IMG/VR virus record: IMGVR_UViG_3300042296_001618
Span: 1-33,954 of that record
DNA length: 33,954 nt
Strand: one strand, 5' to 3'
From: a virus
Lineage: Duplodnaviria; Caudoviricetes
The notes beneath the pieces are model-generated. The model was not told the DNA's origin and did no database searches. It worked only from the letters and a program-made list of their open reading frames with translations. The translations under genes were made by a program, and so were the position numbers. Positions 27,694 to 33,954 of the stretch are shown here, one piece after another. Numbering within the stretch: position 1 is the first letter of the stretch; the number at the start of each line of letters is the position of its first letter.

Positions 27694-28161
27694 ATGGCAA
27701 ATACTGATAATCAATGTTCTGATCTTAAAATACAAGATCTTTATTCAGAATCTAAAGACACGTTAGGAGACATTATGAATCTCCAAAAGGACACTCAGTT
27801 GAATATATACGGATACGACTTTTCTAAAATGTCTCTTCGTGAAATTATGTTTTTCTGGCATGCAAATACTCATGCTCTTATTGATGAAATTCATGAAGCA
27901 ACCGACGCTCTTGGTGGAATCAAGGACGGAAGTGGCAATGCGATCTGGAAGTACTGGAAGAGTGACTATTCAAAATACCAAAATATGAAATTCTCGGATC
28001 TATCTGAATCAGACCAGTTAGAATGTAAGTTTGAAATCATCGACATTCTTCATTTCTTTTTAAATATGGCTACTTCAATTGGCATGACTCCACAAGAAAT
28101 GTTTAACATGTACATGAGTAAGAATCAGGAGAACCGGGATCGTCAAGCTAGAGGATACTAA
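27694..28161 (+). CDS. All-alpha dimeric dUTPase/dCTPase (T4 gp56-like)
   Basis: DEIHE, WKYWK, EIIDILHF, KNQENRDRQARGY. Confidence 0.88.
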   Translation: MANTDNQCSDLKIQDLYSESKDTLGDIMNLQKDTQLNIYGYDFSKMSLREIMFFWHANTHALIDEIHEATDALGGIKDGSGNAIWKYWKSDYSKYQNMKFSDLSESDQLECKFEIIDILHFFLNMATSIGMTPQEMFNMYMSKNQENRDRQARGY

Positions 28162-28175
28162 AATAACAAATAAAT

Positions 28176-28397
28176 ATGGAAAATCAAAATGGCCAATTTA
28201 ACGTCAACGTAAATCTTAAAGATGCAGAGGACATTAAATGCGAACAGTGTGAATCTCTTGTTTTTGAAGAGAAAATCATGATTAAAAAAATAAGTAAATT
28301 CCTGACCGGATCAGATCGAGATAGTATTTCTCCTATTCCAGTTATTGCATGTGCTAAATGTGGTAATATTAACGATATGTTTAAACCTAAACTATGA
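28176..28397 (+). CDS. Small zinc-ribbon protein
   Basis: 73 aa; CEQC...CAKC. Confidence 0.7.
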   Translation: MENQNGQFNVNVNLKDAEDIKCEQCESLVFEEKIMIKKISKFLTGSDRDSISPIPVIACAKCGNINDMFKPKL

Positions 28398-29824
28398 TAA
28401 TAGGAGTTGAAGCTGTTGATAATGAGTTAATGATTTCTTATTTTAATGAAAAAGGAAAAATATCCTTTATCAAAAAGAAACTAATTGATCATGAATTGTT
28501 TAATTGGGTTGAAAGTGATAAGCCGAGTTTACATAGAAACTGGGACGGAAAATACGTTAAAAAAGCAAAGTCCGATGCTAAGTGGCTTACTCGAACTAGA
28601 TTAGAGGAATTGATCATTGAAAAGCTAACTCCAGAAGAAAAAGAACTAATCTATTCATTCGATAACACCCCTAAGAAAGAATATCTAGATATCGAGATCA
28701 AGCTTACTGATTCCACCTTTCCAGATCCTGGAAAAGTAGCAATGCCAGTCGGAATGATTTCTTTTTGTAATGAGGAAGGAGTAAATTATGTCCTGTCTAT
28801 CATGGATTCAAACGATCACCCTAATGGTCTTTCACAAGAAGAAGTTAAGAAGATGGAGTTGGACATCAAAGACTATTTTCAAAACATAATTCCTCATGAA
28901 GAAAAGGATAGAAAACTCTTTAATCAAGATTTTAAAATAAAATACATGCAGTTTAAGACCGAAAGGGAACTTCTTGAATTTTATTTTCATAAAATAGCTC
29001 CAAAGCAATCAATGATATCGGGTTGGAATGTAATAGATTTTGACTGGAGATATTTAATGAATAGATCCTCAAAAATAGGAGTTGATCCCTTTTTAAACAT
29101 GCCTTCAAGGAAAACCTTTTCTAAGAAGCATAAATTGATGACCCATTTAGGTTTGATAGATTACATGCAAGTCTTTCAAGATCCAGGTTTTAAGCCGTAT
29201 AAAGTCGTAGAAAATTATACACTTGATTACATTTCTAAATTGGCCCTAAACGCAACTAAATTAAAGCATCCTTATAAAAACATGCTAGAATTTCAAAAAG
29301 ACGTTTATCTTTTCACAATGTATAACGTAATAGATAATATTCTAGTTAAACTTTTAGAAGATAAATTAGGTCTTTTAGATGTTGCCTTTTCTCTTGCCAA
29401 TGTCGCTCAAATAGAAGTGAATAAAATATTTAGTCCAGTTCATATAACCGAGGTTTTAATGTGTAGAGAATTTCTAAATCATAATCTTAAAATGTTAAAG
29501 AAACCTTGGGACGGTGAAGCTGACGACTCAAACGAAACTTATGAAGGTGCATACGTAATGCCACCGGTTCCAGGCTATTATCAGTACATAACTTGTTACG
29601 ATTTTAAATCAATGTACCCTAACATTCAAATGCAATTCAATATTTCTCCCGATTCATATCTTGGAAAAATAGAAAAAGTAAAATTAAAAGGAGGAGAGAT
29701 TGTTACTAAGAATCAAACAATATTTAGAAGTGATAAAGATTCAGTGGCCCGAACTATTCTTAATAGATTATATAACGCAAGGATCGAAGCACAGGACGAG
29801 ATTAAACAATTAAAATATAAATAG
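28394..29824 (+). CDS. gp43: Family B DNA polymerase, N-terminal subunit only (exonuclease, motif A, first fingers helix)
   Basis: YLDIE, GWNVIDFD, YNVID, YEGAYV, YDFKSMYPNI, NISPD; ends at 476 aa with no KxxxNSxYG or YxDTDS. Confidence 0.88.
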   Translation: MIIGVEAVDNELMISYFNEKGKISFIKKKLIDHELFNWVESDKPSLHRNWDGKYVKKAKSDAKWLTRTRLEELIIEKLTPEEKELIYSFDNTPKKEYLDIEIKLTDSTFPDPGKVAMPVGMISFCNEEGVNYVLSIMDSNDHPNGLSQEEVKKMELDIKDYFQNIIPHEEKDRKLFNQDFKIKYMQFKTERELLEFYFHKIAPKQSMISGWNVIDFDWRYLMNRSSKIGVDPFLNMPSRKTFSKKHKLMTHLGLIDYMQVFQDPGFKPYKVVENYTLDYISKLALNATKLKHPYKNMLEFQKDVYLFTMYNVIDNILVKLLEDKLGLLDVAFSLANVAQIEVNKIFSPVHITEVLMCREFLNHNLKMLKKPWDGEADDSNETYEGAYVMPPVPGYYQYITCYDFKSMYPNIQMQFNISPDSYLGKIEKVKLKGGEIVTKNQTIFRSDKDSVARTILNRLYNARIEAQDEIKQLKYK

Positions 29825-29830
29825 TCTTTG

Positions 29831-30523
29831 ATGTTTCAATTCATAAAAAAATGGTTTAATAAAAAAAATAAAAAAGATATGATAACCGAAGAACAAATTA
29901 TTAATTATAAACAGAACTTCACAGGTCAAACCTTTCAATGGGTTAAGCCTGATGACTCTAAACTTTTAGGTAAAGTTGTAAAATGTAGAGACATCGATGT
30001 ATACGGAGGAAGAGTGATGGCAATATTTGATAACGGATCAAAAGTTGACATTCGGGATCTAAATCGAAAACTATTTATGGTCCACGGAGACATGCCTCCT
30101 CTAACTATACAAGAAATAGAATCGATCTATCCTTCACAAAAACCTTCTACCCCTCCTCCGGTTCAGCCTAAAGTTCACGTAGAGTCTAACTCAAATTATA
30201 ATTCAGATAACGCTTCACAATCTTCTTCGTCTTCTTCTAGATCTAATCCATTTGAGATGTTTAATTCCGACGCATATGAATTGCTTTTAAAATTAAACAT
30301 TAAATTACCAAATCAAGATCTTTTAAAATTAATGTACACTAATGCTAAAGACAAGGAAGATTTTCTAACTGAGCTATCTGAGCATGTAATGAGTATGATA
30401 AATAAAAATATAGTTCATGAGTCTCTAAGACAGATTCTTGATCCGGGATCGAAGGCTCCTAAAACAGGTCAGCCTAAAAAGAGTAGTGGAACTGAAATAA
30501 AATTAACTGAAGTAAATGATTAA
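29831..30523 (+). CDS. Hypothetical protein (two domains joined by a P/S-rich linker)
   Basis: ATG at 29831 (alternatives TTG 29828, ATG 29879); no polymerase motifs. Confidence 0.65.
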   Translation: MFQFIKKWFNKKNKKDMITEEQIINYKQNFTGQTFQWVKPDDSKLLGKVVKCRDIDVYGGRVMAIFDNGSKVDIRDLNRKLFMVHGDMPPLTIQEIESIYPSQKPSTPPPVQPKVHVESNSNYNSDNASQSSSSSSRSNPFEMFNSDAYELLLKLNIKLPNQDLLKLMYTNAKDKEDFLTELSEHVMSMINKNIVHESLRQILDPGSKAPKTGQPKKSSGTEIKLTEVND

Positions 30524-31070
30524 TAGGAAGTTTGAAAATAAAGAGGAGTATCAAGATGGAAAGTATAAATTTTTCACTATTTCAAATGGAGAAAAAAATT
30601 ACAGAAGAGTCTTATGCGAAACTGAAGGCATCTGTTTGATTCCATTCGATATTAATGATGCAAATAACATTAAAAATGTCTATCTTGCAAGATACACCGA
30701 TTATCTAAATGGAGAAGAAGGGCATTGCTGTCTTACGTGTGAATCTGTTCCTAATCATGATTCAGATTTTGAAGAGATAAGTGAGTTTATAAACTCAGAA
30801 CTTGGAATTAATCCGGAAATCAACGATGTCTACTTTTTAGGTAGAATACAGCATCAGCTTCCATTTTCTAAAACATACAAATGCTATGCAATAGATTTGA
30901 CTCAATATTCAAAAGATCCTACTGGATTTAAAATAGATATGCCCGACGAAGAATCTAAAAATAGAACGTATTCTCTAGATAAAGTAAACTTTAATAGAAT
31001 ATTTAAAGGTGATGTTGAGGATTCTCTATGCCTATCAGCTTCGATGCTGTTAATTTCTTATATCAATTAA
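30516..31070 (+). CDS. Degenerate Nudix-fold protein
   Basis: ICLIPF...VYLARY...INSELGI...YFLG...CYAIDLT layout matches Nudix hydrolases, but the GX5EX7REUXEEXGU box is eroded. Confidence 0.45.
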   Translation: MINRKFENKEEYQDGKYKFFTISNGEKNYRRVLCETEGICLIPFDINDANNIKNVYLARYTDYLNGEEGHCCLTCESVPNHDSDFEEISEFINSELGINPEINDVYFLGRIQHQLPFSKTYKCYAIDLTQYSKDPTGFKIDMPDEESKNRTYSLDKVNFNRIFKGDVEDSLCLSASMLLISYIN

Positions 31071-31097
31071 GAAACTTACTTAAATTTATCGGTAAAA
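31071..31097 (+). promoter_or_regulatory. Putative middle-class promoter GAAAC-N16-GTAAAA (uvsX)
   Basis: Same spacing as the other copies; 14 nt upstream of the ATG at 31112. Confidence 0.5.
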
Positions 31098-31111
31098 AAA
31101 TAAAAAACAAT

Positions 31112-32305
31112 ATGTCAGATACTAAAGACTTGATTTCTGCGTTCAATCGCTTCAATGATTTGTTAGAAAAGAAAACAAAATCACACGTTAAACTTAAAGG
31201 ATTTTCAGATATTGATGATTTCATTCCTACTGGAAATTATATGCTAAATGCCCTGATGTCAGGATCCTTATTTGGGGGATATCCTAATACTCGAAGTTTA
31301 GGAATAGCCGGAGATTCAGGCACCGGTAAAACATTCTTATGCATGAACGCAGTCAGAGAAGCTCAGCATAAAGGCTATGTAGTTTTCTATATAGATACAG
31401 AAGGAGCCTTAGACACCGAGGACTTTGAAAAATTTGGAGTAGATCATAAGATGTTAAAATATGTTCGACTTGGATTAATTTCAGAAGTTAAATTTTTCAT
31501 GAATGATTTAATAAAAACAGCTGAAGACAATGAAGGCCTTAAAATAATGGTGATCGTAGACTCAGTAGGTATGCTAGAAACCGATAAAGAAGTTGCAGAC
31601 ATCGATAAAGGTAAAAACGCAAATGATATGGGTCTTAGAGCTAAAGAACTTAGAACTCTATTCAAATCCTTTACTTTAGATATGTCTAATCTTAAGATTC
31701 CTCTTCTTTTTACGAATCATACTTATGCTGGAACTGATATGTATTCAGGTAAGAGTATGAGCGGTGGAGGTGGACCGTTGTATGCAGCTAGCGTTATTTT
31801 GATGCTAAGCAAGAGTGCACTTAAGGACGAAACAACTAACACTAAAACCGGTGTTATCTGCCGAGCTAAAACCGATAAAAACCGATTAGCTAAGCCTGAC
31901 GATATTGAAATACACATTTCATTTCATAAAGGGATGAACAAATACGTAGGTCTTCATAAGCTTCCATTTAATTTTGATAATTGTGGAGTAGGTCGAGGCA
32001 ACAAATTTACTGAAAAAGAGTATAATAAAATGAAACCTGCCGAACAAGCCCAGTGCACTGAGTTTGAAATAGGAGGAGAAAAATTCTATTTTATTGCTAA
32101 AGAAACCGCTAGAAATTATATCTTAAAGCATACTGGAGAAGCTATTCCACTTAGAGAATTATTTTCTGAAAAGGTTTGGACTCCTGAAGTTTTAAAAGAA
32201 TTAGACGAAAACGTGGTTAAGCCTAAGTTTAAATATAGTACGATTCAAGATGTGTTACAGGAAGAAACCGAAGACTTTGAAAATTTAGAGGATGATAGCC
32301 TATAA
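31112..32305 (+). CDS. uvsX: UvsX/RecA-like recombinase
   Basis: Walker A GDSGTGKT, YIDTEGA, Walker B IVDSVG, DMGLRAK, TNHTY, SGGGG..YAAS. Start moved from 31028 to 31112 (A-rich leader, no overlap with the previous gene). Confidence 0.93.
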   Translation: MSDTKDLISAFNRFNDLLEKKTKSHVKLKGFSDIDDFIPTGNYMLNALMSGSLFGGYPNTRSLGIAGDSGTGKTFLCMNAVREAQHKGYVVFYIDTEGALDTEDFEKFGVDHKMLKYVRLGLISEVKFFMNDLIKTAEDNEGLKIMVIVDSVGMLETDKEVADIDKGKNANDMGLRAKELRTLFKSFTLDMSNLKIPLLFTNHTYAGTDMYSGKSMSGGGGPLYAASVILMLSKSALKDETTNTKTGVICRAKTDKNRLAKPDDIEIHISFHKGMNKYVGLHKLPFNFDNCGVGRGNKFTEKEYNKMKPAEQAQCTEFEIGGEKFYFIAKETARNYILKHTGEAIPLRELFSEKVWTPEVLKELDENVVKPKFKYSTIQDVLQEETEDFENLEDDSL

Positions 32306-32624
32306 TAAGAACCTGCCAATTAAGTATATATTGAATCTTCATTTAACTTCTAATTTTTTAAATGAAGATTCAATTGGATTTGAATTAACTCGATATACTA
32401 TTGAAAATAATTCAGATCCTTTAAAAATAGATCTAGACAATCTAAAATTTACTTCTAAAACCCTGAAATATATTTTTGGAGACAGATTAAAGTCTGAAAA
32501 CTTTAAAGAATTCATGGTAGAATCAATTAAATCCCTAATTAAACAAGAATTAATTAAACCAAATGGATCTTCGATGTATATAACAAATAGATTACTTAAT
32601 AAATTTTATTCAATTAGCGAATGA
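32292..32624 (+). CDS. Hypothetical protein (possible winged-helix C-terminus)
   Basis: 110 aa between uvsX and the helicase; SIKSLIKQELIK....MYIT pattern. Confidence 0.55.
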   Translation: MIAYNKNLPIKYILNLHLTSNFLNEDSIGFELTRYTIENNSDPLKIDLDNLKFTSKTLKYIFGDRLKSENFKEFMVESIKSLIKQELIKPNGSSMYITNRLLNKFYSISE

Positions 32625-33954
32625 TAGATTTCACAGAAAATATAGATTCTCTTGAGTCAATGGTTTGGAATTTTATTCTCAATTCAGATAATGATTATAA
32701 TGAGCTTAGGCCTCAAAACCATGAATCCTTATCTAGAGAGGAGTTAGTAACTTTAATTACTCCAAAATTCTTTAATAACGATCTTAGGTCTGAAACCTAT
32801 AAATATGCCATCAAGTTCTTTAGAGAATTTGAAAAGATACCGAATAAAAAAGAGCTTTCTAGCTATTTAGAAGTCAATAACTATTTCCTAGAACAGGAAG
32901 AGATCGATGATCTTTATATGTTCAGCATTAGAGAATATAATTACAACTATTTATATCAATACGTAAAAGCTTTTATTCTTCTTAGAAATTTAAATATTAC
33001 GGTGTTTGATATATTGGCCTATTTAAAAACGATATCAATAAATCCTAAAAACGTCGATGAGGTTTCTCAAAAAGTTAGAAATGACATAAACAGCAAGCTA
33101 TCAATAGATTTTAACAATAAAACTGCTGGCTTAAACTTCTTTGATCCTAAGTCCCATATTCAAATAGCTAAAAGTGGAACCCCTAGCGGATTTCCATTTA
33201 TTAATAAAGTATTAGGAGGAGGATGGAATGCTAAAACCTTGGTTGTGTTTCAAGGTCGCCCTAAAGTCGGAAAATCAATGGTTCTAGGAAATATTGCAGC
33301 TCGATCGTTTTTATCAGGTAACAATACTGGTTTGGTAACCGTAGAATTAGCTGATCGTAGTTATATGAAGAGAATAGGATCCAATATTCTAGGAATAGAC
33401 GGTGATACCTATTCTAATATAACTGACGCCGAGTCTTCTAAATTAATCTCTGATAAATTATCTGAATTGCAGCAATCTGGAAAAGAATTAGGATATCTAG
33501 AAATAGTAGAATTTGCAACAGGCGGAGCTACTGCGATCGATATCGAAAATTATTTTCTAAGATTGGAAAGCCAGCTTAATAAAAAATTTAAAATCATCGT
33601 CGTTGACTATCTAAATCTTCTAAGACCTATTAAGGATCAAAGCGGACTGTATGAAAAAATCAAATCAATCAGTGAGGAATTAAGAGGAGTTGCAATGAGA
33701 AATGAATGGTGCATAATTAGCGCTACTCAAATTAGAAGAGAAGATGTTGACAATTTTGATCTTGGAATGGAGTCAGTAGCTGAATCTTTTGGATTAATTC
33801 ACACTGTTGATTCTCTATTTGGCCTAAGGAGAAGCCCTCTTGAATCCAGAATGAAAATAAAGGTAATTGCCAACCGAGATAATGGATTTGAAGAGAGTTA
33901 TAAATTCTATGCTATGGAAAAATCTTATTTTAGATTAACCGAAGAGATTGGAAT
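32621..33954 (+). CDS. gp41: Replicative DnaB/gp41-like helicase, partial (runs off the right edge)
   Basis: ATG at 32621 (MIDFTENIDS). Manual translation gives SGFPFINKVLGGG, Walker A GRPKVGKS, VTVEL, IVVDYLNL, SATQIRR, AESFGL...D. Confidence 0.92.
   Translation, partial: MIDFTENIDSLESMVWNFILNSDNDYNELRPQNHESLSREELVTLITPKFFNNDLRSETYKYAIKFFREFEKIPNKKELSSYLEVNNYFLEQEEIDDLYMFSIREYNYNYLYQYVKAFILLRNLNITVFDILAYLKTISINPKNVDEVSQKVRNDINSKLSIDFNNKTAGLNFFDPKSHIQIAKSGTPSGFPFINKVLGGGWNAKTLVVFQGRPKVGKSMVLGNIAARSFLSGNNTGLVTVELADRSYMKRIGSNILGIDGDTYSNITDAESSKLISDKLSELQQSGKELGYLEIVEFATGGATAIDIENYFLRLESQLNKKFKIIVVDYLNLLRPIKDQSGLYEKIKSISEELRGVAMRNEWCIISATQIRREDVDNFDLGMESVAESFGLIHTVDSLFGLRRSPLESRMKIKVIANRDNGFEESYKFYAMEKSYFRLTEEIG

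Noticed and set aside
29822-29830. TAG recoding or readthrough fusing the polymerase to the in-frame downstream ORF
   Set aside because: The downstream ORF has no polymerase motifs. Long conserved genes are intact in the standard code, and TAG ends other complete genes (7623, 23429).
31028-31111. Upstream start for uvsX given by the ORF track
   Set aside because: It overlaps the previous gene and spans a promoter motif; the ATG at 31112 has the typical A-rich leader.
9137-31917. Short 60-92 aa antisense or alternate-frame ORFs inside uvsE, ugd, exonuclease, groEL, SSB, rnh, groES, sheath, uvsX and others
   Set aside because: They lie within or largely overlap well-supported genes, have no recognisable motifs, and are expected by chance.
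16809-33954. Inteins or introns in nrdA, uvsX or the helicase
   Set aside because: Lengths and motif spacing are normal; no splicing or homing-endonuclease motifs seen.
1-33954. tRNA or rRNA genes
   Set aside because: Intergenic gaps are short and AT-rich; no cloverleaf or T-loop context recognised.

Overview
AT-rich, densely coding segment of a large T4-like (myovirus-type) bacteriophage genome, read in the standard genetic code. The host is probably Bacteroidota, inferred from A-rich leaders without Shine-Dalgarno motifs, an Hc1-like protein, and a Bacteroidota-like RNR and exonuclease. The left arm (minus strand) holds putative virion/baseplate genes, a gp55-like late sigma factor, a RuvC-like resolvase and a TylF methyltransferase. 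The right arm (mostly plus strand) holds UvsE, a nucleotide-sugar dehydrogenase, nucleases, GroEL, a ribosomal protein S1-like gene, NrdB/NrdA, Hc1, gp32 SSB, RNase H, GroES, tail sheath (minus), dUTPase, an N-terminal-only family B DNA polymerase, UvsX and a gp41 helicase. Highlights: (1) two inverted arrays of 11-bp phased quasi-palindromes, sharing 24 identical bp, flank tylF at the divergence point next to a promoter and a G-tract (origin or invertible-switch candidate); (2) a recurring AAAAC-N16/17-GTATAA promoter class drives gp55, while (A/G)ATAAATA precedes the structural genes; (3) the DNA polymerase stops before motifs B and C; (4) four small proteins carry T4-like capsid-targeting leaders, one of them an HExxH peptidase; (5) a leader ORF overlaps a terminator upstream of nrdB. 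All calls come from motif recognition by eye; no database searches were run.
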